Positions 1 to 10,999 of a stretch of 55,475 bases of DNA are shown one piece after another. Under the pieces are notes generated by a model. It was not told where the DNA came from. It was given only the letters and a program-made list of their open reading frames with translations, and did not search any database. A program made the translations under genes and the position numbers. The DNA is from Thraustochytrium aureum. Its lineage: Eukaryota. The first letter of the stretch is position 1. The number at the start of each line of letters is the position of its first letter. The stretch lies in NCBI GenBank assembly GCA_012862495.1, contig BLSG01000385.1, positions 173,062 to 228,536 of the forward strand, given 5' to 3'.

Positions 1-29
1 GCTGCTGCTGCTGCTGCTGCTGCTGCTGC
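1..29. repeat. (GCT)n microsatellite at window edge
   Basis: About 9-10 perfect GCT units. Confidence 0.95.
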
Positions 30-846
30 GATGCGTGCGCCTCGAGACTCTTGCGCTGCTGGCACCCGCCTCGAAAGCGTCGTCGAGTACACGTGGTTGT
101 TCCCTGGTGACGTGGAGCGCGCCGCGATTCGCGAAGCTGGTCAAACAACTGCAGCGGACATGCCGAGCCGCGCCTTCCTGCTTGGCGTGATCGAGCCCGC
201 TCGTGGCTGGGCTCGTCTGGCTTGGCTTCCTTGGCCTGCTCCTTCAAGGGCCTGGTTGCTTGCTTGGTGTTGGCTACTATCAGTTTCGACCGCTGGTGAT
301 TGTCGTCGGGTTTGGCACGGAGGTTTCGTGCCGCCGTGGTTCGCTTGTCACGGCGCCTCGCCATCGTCAGGCTGCTGGTTGGGAGTCCGGCTCCCACAGG
401 AACGGCCCGCGTCCATTTCAGCCCGCGGCTTCTGTGGCGCGCAGGGATGCCGATTCAGGCCGCGGTGGGCAGTTCGTCTCGCGGGCCCTCTCCATCAACA
501 GAATACCACGGATCAATATAACCCTTCCTGCTCACCGCTCGTAGGTCCGGTCCCTCCAGCTCGCGGCTCCTGTCGCGCGCAGGGACATCGACCGTGCCGG
601 GCCATTCGAGGGCCGTTCGTCTCGCGGGCCTCCGCCAGCGACGCCACATCGACGATGTCGAACAAGACACATTTTCACCTTTTTTTCTATGCATTTTTTT
701 GAGAACAACGTGGGCGAGCCGACTCGCGGGGCTGCAGCAGACCCCCTTGGCGCGCCGGCCGGCACGCCGCTGGCTGCGCTCGACGCGGCCCTGCTAGCTG
801 GCTGGCTGGCTGGCTCGCTGGCTGGCTCGCTGGGCGTTCTGTCGGG

Positions 847-3103
847 ATGGACGGACGAGCGCCGGGAACGGGTCCCGACGCCGCCGCCGCCACCACGTGG
901 TTTGGCATGGCGCAGCAGAACGACTATGGACGCCGCGCGAAGGAGGCCTGCGTCGTGGCGGCGGCGCTGGCCAGGGTCGCGGCCAGGCGGACGGAGCGCG
1001 TGCTGGGGCCGCTACTGAAGAGCGGGCTGGAGGCCGCGCGGGCGGCAGCAGAGAACGGACGCGTTGCGGCCGCGAGGCAAGTGCGGAGGTCGCGCCGGCA
1101 TGGACTGCTCAAGAAGAGGCGCAACCGGAGGATCGCTGCTGCTGTGCTGTTGATAGGCGTGGCGGCGGCCGCGTGGCTCGTGCTCTCGATCGTGTCGAGC
1201 GTTTTCGGGGCTGCCATGGCTTTCATCGGGTTGACCGCCTCGCCTGCAACAGTGCTAGAGCTCCGAGCGAGTGCGGGCTCGCGTGGCGGCCTGTTCACCG
1301 CGAATGGCGACGAAGCCACCTTCGGCGGCGACGCCAGGGCGCGCGCGAAAGAGCAAGCCAGACTGCAGGCGCTTCTGAATGACAGGGTAGAGGAACGGGT
1401 CGAAGAGCGCCTGCAAGCCATCCATGCCGACTTTTCGCACTTTGAGCGCGACCAGGCATTGAGCGAGTCGGATGAGCAGCGCAAGGTCAAGCAAGATGTA
1501 GAAAAGCGCCAAAGACGGTCGCGAGACAAGCGCGCAAAGCTCGTCGCGGCACTCCGCGAAGGACACAAGTTCCTCCTCGTCGAGCAGCACGTGGCGGCGG
1601 CACCCGCAGAGCAGCAGCTCAATCGCCGGCGCCGCCATCGCCGAAGCTCGCGACACGACGAGGGGGCTGCAGAGAGCGAAGCAGGAGGCGATGCTGGGCC
1701 CACTGCAAGCCTAGCCGCCGCACTTGAGCAGCTGGGCTACGGCCAGGCGACTTCGCCGGCAGAGCACGGGCTCACCTGGCTCGTTGCCCCCCACTTGGAG
1801 TGCGAGGGCGAAGCCGTGAAGGCGGCGCTCAATCAGATCCCCGACATTTCTGGGCTGGTCGCGTTCTGCCATGGCGACCCGCAATGGGTCGGCCACTTGG
1901 GGCGAAAAGACGTGTTGGACCAGCGCTTGCAATGGCTCGACGTCAAGCTCCATCGCCTCGACAACTGCATCACGTACGCCGACTTTGTGCTTCCCACGTT
2001 CCTCGTCAACCCGGCGACAGACCTCGTCGCCCTGCAGCGTCGCCTAGCGGAAGAGGAGGGTCTCGGAGCGGGCACGAGCTTTATCCTCAAGCACCAGCGC
2101 ATGCCGTCCGAGCTGCAACGACAAGCCGCCGCGGCGCTACCGCTCGTCACGACGACGCCGGTCAAGGCAATCAAAGCCGTCCGCAAACGCGGGCACGACA
2201 TGGAGGGCTTGGTGATTCAGCCGCTCAAGTCCAACCCGCTGCTGTGGGATGGGCGCAAGTTCACGCTGCGGTCCTGGGCCCTGGTTCTGAGCTCGAGCCC
2301 GCTCATCGCTCTTTACCACGACGGTGTCGTTCTCCGCAGCCTGGACCGCGCCCGCGCTGGCACTTACTCGGGCAAAAGCGGAAGCAGGACTTCTTCCGCG
2401 AGACATTCGCACAGCGCCGGCGCCGACTTGGACCAGCTTGCCAATATCACGACGCGCCAGCGCGACCACCCGGCGTTCGCGGCGCGAAGGGCAGAGGCGT
2501 TCGGCTGCATGGACGACCTGCAGGCGTACCTTGCTGGTGTTTACAAGACGACCGAGATGGCCCACTACACGGACCTCGTTCTGCGCCCGTACCTCAAGCG
2601 CCTCGTGCTCTTCGCAATTGCAGCGTTGCGGCGCGAGCACAAGCACGACTCGCCAGTCTGGGCGATACAGCACATCTGTTTCGACTTTATGATCGACAGC
2701 AACTGGCACGTGTGGATGCTCGACGCCTCGGCCGAGTGTCCCACGCAAGTTGGCGGGCCCGAGTACGCCTCGCCGTGCAAGCGAGCGACTATTGACGCCT
2801 TGGGCGTCCAGGCAGCCAAGATTGCTGAGCAGCTCCTTGCAGGCAAACAGCTCGGCCACCACACCTCTGCCAGCAAGGGCGGCTCGTGGCTTGAAGGCGT
2901 CGACATAGGCTCGTTCGAGGTCCTCGTTGATGAGACCGTGCAGGGCGATCCCGGCCAGAAGAGCCGCGTCGAGGAGCAGATTTGCCGCCGTGCCGCGTAC
3001 CAGGACTTTCGCGAGCGCCAGACGTTTAGCAAGCATGTCGCGCAGGCCGTCTTGCCGGCGGACGGGCGCCCGCGCTTCAAAACCGATGCCGAGCTTGGCC
3101 TTT
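847..3103 (+). CDS. Tubulin-tyrosine-ligase (TTL/TTLL, ATP-grasp)-like protein with N-terminal signal anchor; 5' part, interrupted by gap
   Basis: Basic KKRRNRR followed by a hydrophobic helix (IAAAVLLIGVAAAAWLVLSIV). TTL-family motifs: VIQPLKSNPLLWDGRKFTLRSWALVLSSSPLIALY, LANIT, CFDFMIDSNWHVWMLD. Start codon uncertain (847 or 908). Confidence 0.75.
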
Positions 3104-3921
3104 NNNNNNNNNNNNNNNNNNNNNNNNNNNNNNNNNNNNNNNNNNNNNNNNNNNNNNNNNNNNNNNNNNNNNNNNNNNNNNNNNNNNNNNNNNNNNNNNN
3201 NNNNNNNNNNNNNNNNNNNNNNNNNNNNNNNNNNNNNNNNNNNNNNNNNNNNNNNNNNNNNNNNNNNNNNNNNNNNNNNNNNNNNNNNNNNNNNNNNNNN
3301 NNNNNNNNNNNNNNNNNNNNNNNNNNNNNNNNNNNNNNNNNNNNNNNNNNNNNNNNNNNNNNNNNNNNNNNNNNNNNNNNNNNNNNNNNNNNNNNNNNNN
3401 NNNNNNNNNNNNNNNNNNNNNNNNNNNNNNNNNNNNNNNNNNNNNNNNNNNNNNNNNNNNNNNNNNNNNNNNNNNNNNNNNNNNNNNNNNNNNNNNNNNN
3501 NNNNNNNNNNNNNNNNNNNNNNNNNNNNNNNNNNNNNNNNNNNNNNNNNNNNNNNNNNNNNNNNNNNNNNNNNNNNNNNNNNNNNNNNNNNNNNNNNNNN
3601 NNNNNNNNNNNNNNNNNNNNNNNNNNNNNNNNNNNNNNNNNNNNNNNNNNNNNNNNNNNNNNNNNNNNNNNNNNNNNNNNNNNNNNNNNNNNNNNNNNNN
3701 NNNNNNNNNNNNNNNNNNNNNNNNNNNNNNNNNNNNNNNNNNNNNNNNNNNNNNNNNNNNNNNNNNNNNNNNNNNNNNNNNNNNNNNNNNNNNNNNNNNN
3801 NNNNNNNNNNNNNNNNNNNNNNNNNNNNNNNNNNNNNNNNNNNNNNNNNNNNNNNNNNNNNNNNNNNNNNNNNNNNNNNNNNNNNNNNNNNNNNNNNNNN
3901 NNNNNNNNNNNNNNNNNNNNN

Positions 3922-4660
3922 CTTGCGCACGAGCACACACCACGCTTGCTGCTCGGCGTGCGCCGTGAATGCGGCGTGCCGCGGATTCACTTATGTTGCA
4001 GAAACGTTTCAGTGCTGGATCAAGTCTGACATCGGGTCTGAGGGCCACCATGACGGCATGGTCTCTGGCGTGCTGCACGACCCAAGCATGTCTCAAGGGC
4101 CAGCCAGGGCGGGGTCCTTCCCAGGTGCCTTCGGCAGCAGCGGCGCCAGTAACGCGGGGTTTTCCGGTGTGGCGCTAGCACGACCATCGCCTGCGGAGCA
4201 GCGCATGGCGCAGGGGGCGCGGGTCCAGGAGGTGCACCACTCGTCGGACGGCGCGCGGCGCGAGTACTATCGCAAGCAGCTGACCGAAATTTTCGCCGCG
4301 CACGACCCCAACAAAATCACCAAGGTAGACGTCCTTCTGGACAGGTACCGCGGCAACGAGGAGCGCTTTGTACAGCGTACAATCAAGCAATACGAGACGA
4401 TCGATCGCCTCGTGCAGGAGCGCAACGCCGCGCGCAACAACGGCGGCGGTCGTCCAGAGTTGCGCAACGGCGCCTTGCCGCACGCTCCAGCGCGCGACTC
4501 GCACGGTTTGTCGCGCGCCGACTATCGGGAGCGGCTTGTGGAGATTCTGCAGCAAGGCGACCCGGCCAAGCTTGCAGACGTTGAAGCGATGCTGGACCGG
4601 TTCCAGGGCAAGGAGATGCAGCTTGTGCAGTACCTCTTGTCAAAGTACAGGCCTGGGTAA
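3922..4660 (+). CDS. 3' coding segment with PAN/apple domain and two short helical repeats; probably the C-terminus of the TTL-like gene
   Basis: ACCSACAVNAACRGFTY...CWIKS...GMVSGV fits the PAN cysteine pattern. Two copies of YRxxLxEI...DPxK..xVxxxLDR(Y/F)xGxE. Stop TAA at 4658-4660. Linkage across the gap is inferred. Confidence 0.7.
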
Positions 4661-4770
4661 GGTGCGCTGCTCCGCGTTTGACTTGGGCGGCGAGTCGGAA
4701 TCAGCTTGCTGTCAACAGCGGTAAGCGGCAAAAGTATAAACATTCACGTCGAGCAGTCCATCTAAGTCCG

Positions 4771-5157
4771 TCACACCGTCGTTGCCGCGAGCAGCATGTC
4801 GATCGTGCCCGAGAGCTTCATCAACTCCTTTTGCAGCTTGACCTCACTTCGAAGCTGGCCCTGCAGCTTGACGAACAGCTCGTCAATGAGCACGCTTTGG
4901 CCGAGCTCGCTAGCATAGAGCTCAAGAGTGACCTGACACACGTCAACCAGGACGTCGGAGAAGCGCGGGTTGGTCACATACTTGACGAGAAACGAAAGGA
5001 GCGGCTCAAGGGCAGTGTCGTCGCGGCTCGACAGCGCGGCCGCGAGCCCGTTCCGCAGCTGCAGCTCTTCCAAGAGCCCCGCAACGAGGACCGGCTGGCG
5101 CGACTTGAGCACGTCGTCCAGCGCCCCCTTGTAGTTGAACTTGCGCAGCTGCACGTC
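4771..5157 (-). CDS. UTP15: U3 snoRNA-associated protein 15, C-terminal domain (WD40 part falls in the gap)
   Basis: LRKFNYKGALDDVL...LLEELQLRNGLAAALSSRDDTALEPLLSFLVKYVTNPRF...QKELMKLSGTIDMLL matches the UTP15 C-terminal consensus. Confidence 0.9.
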   Translation of the reverse strand, partial: DVQLRKFNYKGALDDVLKSRQPVLVAGLLEELQLRNGLAAALSSRDDTALEPLLSFLVKYVTNPRFSDVLVDVCQVTLELYASELGQSVLIDELFVKLQGQLRSEVKLQKELMKLSGTIDMLLAATTV

Positions 5158-6153
5158 NNNNNNNNNNNNNNNNNNNNNNNNNNNNNNNNNNNNNNNNNNN
5201 NNNNNNNNNNNNNNNNNNNNNNNNNNNNNNNNNNNNNNNNNNNNNNNNNNNNNNNNNNNNNNNNNNNNNNNNNNNNNNNNNNNNNNNNNNNNNNNNNNNN
5301 NNNNNNNNNNNNNNNNNNNNNNNNNNNNNNNNNNNNNNNNNNNNNNNNNNNNNNNNNNNNNNNNNNNNNNNNNNNNNNNNNNNNNNNNNNNNNNNNNNNN
5401 NNNNNNNNNNNNNNNNNNNNNNNNNNNNNNNNNNNNNNNNNNNNNNNNNNNNNNNNNNNNNNNNNNNNNNNNNNNNNNNNNNNNNNNNNNNNNNNNNNNN
5501 NNNNNNNNNNNNNNNNNNNNNNNNNNNNNNNNNNNNNNNNNNNNNNNNNNNNNNNNNNNNNNNNNNNNNNNNNNNNNNNNNNNNNNNNNNNNNNNNNNNN
5601 NNNNNNNNNNNNNNNNNNNNNNNNNNNNNNNNNNNNNNNNNNNNNNNNNNNNNNNNNNNNNNNNNNNNNNNNNNNNNNNNNNNNNNNNNNNNNNNNNNNN
5701 NNNNNNNNNNNNNNNNNNNNNNNNNNNNNNNNNNNNNNNNNNNNNNNNNNNNNNNNNNNNNNNNNNNNNNNNNNNNNNNNNNNNNNNNNNNNNNNNNNNN
5801 NNNNNNNNNNNNNNNNNNNNNNNNNNNNNNNNNNNNNNNNNNNNNNNNNNNNNNNNNNNNNNNNNNNNNNNNNNNNNNNNNNNNNNNNNNNNNNNNNNNN
5901 NNNNNNNNNNNNNNNNNNNNNNNNNNNNNNNNNNNNNNNNNNNNNNNNNNNNNNNNNNNNNNNNNNNNNNNNNNNNNNNNNNNNNNNNNNNNNNNNNNNN
6001 NNNNNNNNNNNNNNNNNNNNNNNNNNNNNNNNNNNNNNNNNNNNNNNNNNNNNNNNNNNNNNNNNNNNNNNNNNCGACGCCCAACGCCTGCTTCACGCTC
6101 GGACGCGCGCGCGCACGCACGATCTATCAACGCTTCACTACCTGTGTGCTCCT

Positions 6154-6202
6154 GCTGCCTGCGTGCCTGCGTGCCTGCGTGCCTGCGTGCCTGCCTGCCT
6201 GC
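6154..6202. repeat. (TGCCTGCG)n/(TGCC)n microsatellite
   Basis: Direct reading. Confidence 0.85.
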
Positions 6203-6267
6203 TTTCCTCACTGCCTTCGCCGCGCGCGACGGCCTCTTCGCGCTCTGCTGGTCGGCCAGCGATAAGC

Positions 6268-6546
6268 GTTCCGCACGCCGGCGCACACCCCGCGTTCCGC
6301 ACACACCTCACGCCACCTTCCGATAAAAACCCACGCGTCCCGCACAATTTGATGAAGGCTGCGATCGGGTTCCGCACAACCAGCGCAACGGGTAAATGCA
6401 CACCGCGTTCCGAACAATTCCAACGGGTGTTCCACACAATTCCAACGGGTGTTCTGTTCCGCACAATCCCAACGGGTGTTCCGCACAATTGGACGGCTCT
6501 AAACTGGTGTGCACCGAGCGGACAGAGTGTGCGCGTTCCGCACAAT
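6268..6546. repeat. Cluster of GTTCCGCAC motifs including a 22-bp tandem unit GTTCCGCACAATTCCAACGGGT
   Basis: Exact GTTCCGCAC at 6268, 6294, 6369, 6456, 6478, 6535; variants at 6337, 6407, 6429. Tandem 22-bp units span 6407-6490. Confidence 0.85.
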
Positions 6547-6689
6547 AGCAGGTGGTCCAGTCCGACTCTTGGCACGCATTGTTGAGCCTGGTGTTTTTGG
6601 TTGGGTTTTGGAGATGTTCATGATGGCGCAGGTGCAGGCAGAGTTGGAATGCGCGTGGGCGATCGACGATCGATCGATCGATTGAACAT

Positions 6690-8101
6690 CATGGAGCGCA
6701 CGGTTGAACTGCATACTGCGCGCTGGCCGTGGTGCGAAGACCAATGGGCAGTGGCGGTTGCTGGCATGAAGGACTGGGTCGCGGCAAAAGCACGCGTGGA
6801 CGCAAGAGGACTCCAAGACCTGCCCTCGGTGATTGTCAGCGCGAGAGTCGTACGCGGCAGAGATGGGGAGCCGATCGCGTCCAAGGGCCTCGTGCGAAAG
6901 TACCTTACGGAGGCGCCTCGAGTGCGGGCAAGGCTGTTTCGGGCGGGCCCCACAAAAGCGCTGGGGTGCATGATCGTTGGCGCGTCTGGGTGCGTCGCTG
7001 GGAGGCCCACGGTCGCGCATCCGTCAGCAATTACCGCTGCTGTAGACGGCGTTCTCGGACTGTAACCAACGCGATGCACGACGCCTTTGCGTCACGGTCG
7101 AACTCGAGTCGCGCGTCATCGCCCTGCCAGCGTCGGGGACCTGTTATTGCTTACTGTCAGCGAGGATGTGGAGCGCGGCCACAAGAGCGACAGGGTCATC
7201 TCAATCACGGGCGAGGTGCACGACGCAGGCGGCCGTCTTGTCCAGGTGGTGAGCGGTGCTTTCTTCAAATTTGCGTACGGGCCCGAGCTCGTCCCAGAAG
7301 CGCGCTTTGACGACTTTCAGCGAAGCGAAGAGCAAGGCTCGCCGCCGCCCCTGGTTGTCCAGCTCCCTTCTCAACCGAGCTGGCCCGCCGTCGCCGCCGC
7401 AAGCGCCCGAGCGTCGATCCTCGCGCGACCGGGGCAGTGGTCGTGCGTGTGGGAGGGCGAAGATGCGGACGCAGTGGCATGGGAGTTTGGGGCGGCTCGT
7501 CGCATTCTCGTCAATCTTTTCGTGAAGCGCGAGGAGGGAACGACGCGCCAGGCGAAAGCGTGCGCGCTGCTTTACTTTTCGCACCACTGCGAGGGCCCGC
7601 CTGGCCGTGTCCACGGAGGGGCCCTTTCAACAGTATTTGAGGTGCNNNNNNNNNNNNNNNNNNNNNNNNNNNNNNNNNNNNNNNNNNNNNNNNNNNNNNN
7701 NNNNNNNNNNNNNNNNNNNNNNNNNNNNNNNNNNNNNNNNNNNNNNNNNNNNNNNNNNNNNNNNNNNNNNNNNNNNNNNNNNNNNNNNNNNNNNNNNNNN
7801 NNNNNNNNNNNNNNNNNNNNNNNNNNNNNNNNNNNNNNNNNNNNNNNNNNNNNNNNNNGTTGCGATGCAGCGATCCAAGGTGACGTACAAGCACGGTGTC
7901 ATGCTGGGGAGCGTTGGCTGCCTCGAGATGACGCTGCAGCGCGGGAGCGCCGCAGTCGGCACTCCGACCATTGTTTCTGGGGCGCTCGAGGTAACGATCG
8001 ATCCCACCGCGGCCGACTGCGACTGGCTAGCACAACCGCGGCACATCTCCAACACCGGAGAGGTCTACGTCTCGCAGGGCGCGATTCGAAGTAGGCACTA
8101 G
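6690..8101 (+). CDS. Double hot-dog-fold acyl-CoA thioesterase (THEM4/PaaI-like); interrupted by in-frame TAA or intron and by a gap
   Basis: Second domain has FSHHCEGPPGRVHGGALSTVFE; first domain has the degenerate equivalent CVAGRPTVAHPSAITAAVDGVLG. ORFs 6601-7065 and 7087-7645 are in the same frame. Start uncertain. Confidence 0.7.
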
Positions 8102-8241
8102 CAAGGCTGCGGCCGCCCGGAGGGCTGGCAATTGTTTGAATTTATGTAAGAACCATGATGTGGGTTGCCCAGGCTCCGTCGTTCCAAGCATGGGCCCACA
8201 GCTCCTGGGTACAATGCCTGGTCCAGAGCCAGAGGCGGCGC

Positions 8242-9018
8242 TCAGGTCGCCCCAACCGAGTCTGCGGCGAGCTGGGCCTGCGCAAGCTCCACCTGTAGCT
8301 CTGCCAGGTCAAACTCGGGCTTGACAAAGCGAGGCAGCACCGCCTCTACACGCGCCAGCAGCTCGCGCAAACGTGGCTCTACGCCTCCGCCATCCAGGCC
8401 AGGCTTGGTGAAGACCAAGAGCTTGACCTTCTTGACATCCACAAAGGCGCGCTGCTCCAGGTTTTGGGCGCGCTCAATCAGCTCGGGCAGGAAAAGGTAG
8501 GTGGTGGACCTGATGCCAAAGTCGTCCAGCTTGGACTCAAAGTCGTCCGTGTTGCAGCGGCAGGGGTCAGCGAGGATCCCGATCCCTCCAGGTTTCAGGG
8601 TTCGCGCAAAGGTCCGCGCCACAGGGTCGACACACCCACGGTAAAACAGGATGTCCGATCCGATCACGAGGTCGAACGAGGCGTCGGGGATCTGCCCGCC
8701 CTTGTGCCAGTCCAGCGTCTGGAAGGCCATGCGCGCCACAATGTCGCCCGCGTTGGCCTCCGCGCTCTGCCTGCACATGCGCGTGGCGTCCTCGACAAGG
8801 TCAGTCATCACAACGCGCTTGGCCGCGCTCTGGGCCGCAGCGAGGCTGCATAGCCCCGACCCGCCGCCGAGCTCGAGCACCTCGGCGCCAGCCAGGTCGA
8901 GCGTCGCGACAACACTTGCCGTCAGGAGCGAGGTGCCCCACACGAACTCCCACAAGTCGCACTGCTTCTTCGCCTGCGAAAACACGCCAGCCTTCGGGTC
9001 CGCCAGGTGCACGAGGAT
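8242..9018 (-). CDS. Methyltransferase-16 family (METTL21/EEF1AKMT-like) protein-lysine methyltransferase, 5' end in gap
   Basis: FVWGTSLL, VLELGGGSGLCSL (motif I), VVMTD, LDW, FDLVIGSDILFY. Confidence 0.85.
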   Translation of the reverse strand: MLVHLADPKAGVFSQAKKQCDLWEFVWGTSLLTASVVATLDLAGAEVLELGGGSGLCSLAAAQSAAKRVVMTDLVEDATRMCRQSAEANAGDIVARMAFQTLDWHKGGQIPDASFDLVIGSDILFYRGCVDPVARTFARTLKPGGIGILADPCRCNTDDFESKLDDFGIRSTTYLFLPELIERAQNLEQRAFVDVKKVKLLVFTKPGLDGGGVEPRLRELLARVEAVLPRFVKPEFDLAELQVELAQAQLAADSVGAT

Positions 9019-9704
9019 NNNNNNNNNNNNNNNNNNNNNNNNNNNNNNNNNNNNNNNNNNNNNNNNNNNNNNNNNNNNNNNNNNNNNNNNNNNNNNNNNN
9101 NNNNNNNNNNNNNNNNNNNNNNNNNNNNNNNNNNNNNNNNNNNNNNNNNNNNNNNNNNNNNNNNNNNNNNNNNNNNNNNNNNNNNNNNNNNNNNNNNNNN
9201 NNNNNNNNNNNNNNNNNNNNNNNNNNNNNNNNNNNNNNNNNNNNNNNNNNNNNNNNNNNNNNNNNNNNNNNNNNNNNNNNNNNNNNNNNNNNNNNNNNNN
9301 NNNNNNNNNNNNNNNNNNNNNNNNNNNNNNNNNNNNNNNNNNNNNNNNNNNNNNNNNNNNNNNNNNNNNNNNNNNNNNNNNNNNNNNNNNNNNNNNNNNN
9401 NNNNNNNNNNNNNNNNNNNNNNNNNNNNNNNNNNNNNNNNNNNNNNNNNNNNNNNNNNNNNNNNNNNNNNNNNNNNNNNNNNNNNNNNNNNNNNNNNNNN
9501 NNNNNNNNNNNNNNNNNNNNNNNNNNNNNNNNNNNNNNNNNNNNNNNNNNNNNNNNNNNNNNNNNNNNNNNNNNNNNNNNNNNNNNNNNNNNNNNNNNNN
9601 NNNNNNNNNNNNNNNNNNNNNNNNNNNNNNNNNNNNNNNNNNNNNNNNNNNNNNNNNNNNNNNNNNNNNNNNNNNNNNNNNNNNNNNNNNNNNNNNNNNN
9701 NNNN

Positions 9705-10999
9705 CTCTGCGTGGCGGCCATAGTGGCCAACGAGTCTCGTGAGTTGTGGTCCGCGGCTCCGGTCGAGCTGCGCCGCGCAGTCGTGGCGGATTGGAGCAAA
9801 GTCGACATCAGCAAGCTGGCAGAACGGCGCGAGCCGCTCGTGATTGTCGGTGCGCCGTGCTCGAATTGGCCTGCGGCAGAGTGGACACCAGAGATTATCG
9901 CTTCGCGTGTTGCGCTTCTCGGCGGGGTCCGGCAGAACGACGAGCCCGTCTTTCGGTATTTCAGCGAAGGGAGCCCAATGGCCGCGCTGGACGGGGCGGA
10001 GAGCGCGCCGTCTTTCCGGAAGGTCGACCTGCCTACGCCGCAGTTTTTCGAGGCTCTCCGCAGTGGCGGCCCACCGTTCCACTACTTTAGCGCAGATATG
10101 GAGAGCTTTCCAGCCCTCCGACGCGACGTCCCAACGGAGGAGCTGGGTGCATTCGCCGTGACAGCGAGTAACTTGTTGATCAATCTGTGGCTCGGCGGGG
10201 ACGGCGTCATTGCAGAGACCCACATCGACACTTCGCACAATTTTACGTTCAGGTGAGCGGCAAGAAGCGGTTCCTGCTGCTGCCGCCCACGGCGCAAGGC
10301 GAGCTCGGGATCTACCCTTTCCTGCACCCGAGCTACCGCCGCGCGCGCGCTGCCTTGCGGAACGGCACCGACTTTGCCCCGCGCCTCGAGCTGCTTGCAG
10401 GCCTTGGCGCCGTTGACGTGTTGCTCGAGCCCGGGCAGGTGCTCTACCTGCCTCCCTACTGGTTTCGTAAGTGAACGCGTCGCTGGCCTCTGCTTGCCGC
10501 TGCTTGCCCCGCAGCGGAACCCCTGCGTGCTGACGAGCGCGCAGACAATGTGCAAGCGGTCGGCGACTCGATCTCGTTCAACATCTGGACCGATTCCGAC
10601 GAGTACCTTGTTGCCGAGAAGATTTTCAAGGCTGCGGTGCCGTTCGAGGAGGGCTGGACCGAGCGCGAGAACGCCGTAGGTCTTGCCACCTATGCCGACA
10701 TGTTGCTCGGTGCCTTCCCAGCGCAACGCGAGACAATGGTCCGTGGCCTGCTCGCCCGATTCGAGGGCCTCGCAGGCGTGGTCGACCCTCCCGAGGCCCT
10801 TCCTGCGTCGTACTGCGAGCGCGACCCCGCTCTTGCCGCGGAGATGCAGCGCGGCCTGGACGAGCTCGAGCCGCTTTTTGCTGCCCTGCCCGACGGCATC
10901 AGGCAGATTTACATGGGGAACCTTTTGGAGGTCTTGGCGCACTACGTTTTTGGCGTTGAGCGCGTGTTTCCATTCTTCGCGCAGTGCTTGCGCGGCTGA
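9705..10999 (+). CDS. JmjC/cupin-8 2-oxoglutarate-Fe(II) oxygenase (FIH/JMJD5/TYW5-like); 5' end in gap, one apparent frameshift and one intron
   Basis: NLWLGGDGVIAETHIDTSHNF (HxD), YVQVSGKKRFLLLPP, LEPGQVLYLPPYWF|HNVQAVGDSISFNIW after splicing. One T is missing in the T-run at 10241-10244. Confidence 0.85.
10467..10544 (+). other. Spliceosomal intron (78 nt) in the JmjC gene
   Basis: GTAAGT donor, GCTGAC branch at 10529, CAG acceptor. Removal restores the distal Fe-binding His (WF-H-NV). Confidence 0.9.

Noticed and set aside
31..702. 223-aa plus-strand ORF and overlapping ORFs
   Set aside because: No recognisable motifs; composition is typical of spurious GC-rich frames.
6268..6546. CRISPR-like array
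   Set aside because: Units are directly tandem or irregularly spaced, there are no uniform unique spacers or cas genes, and the context is eukaryotic.
7063..7065. Stop-codon reassignment or readthrough
   Set aside because: TAA terminates other genes normally here (e.g. 4658, 21595, 25253); an intron or indels explain it.
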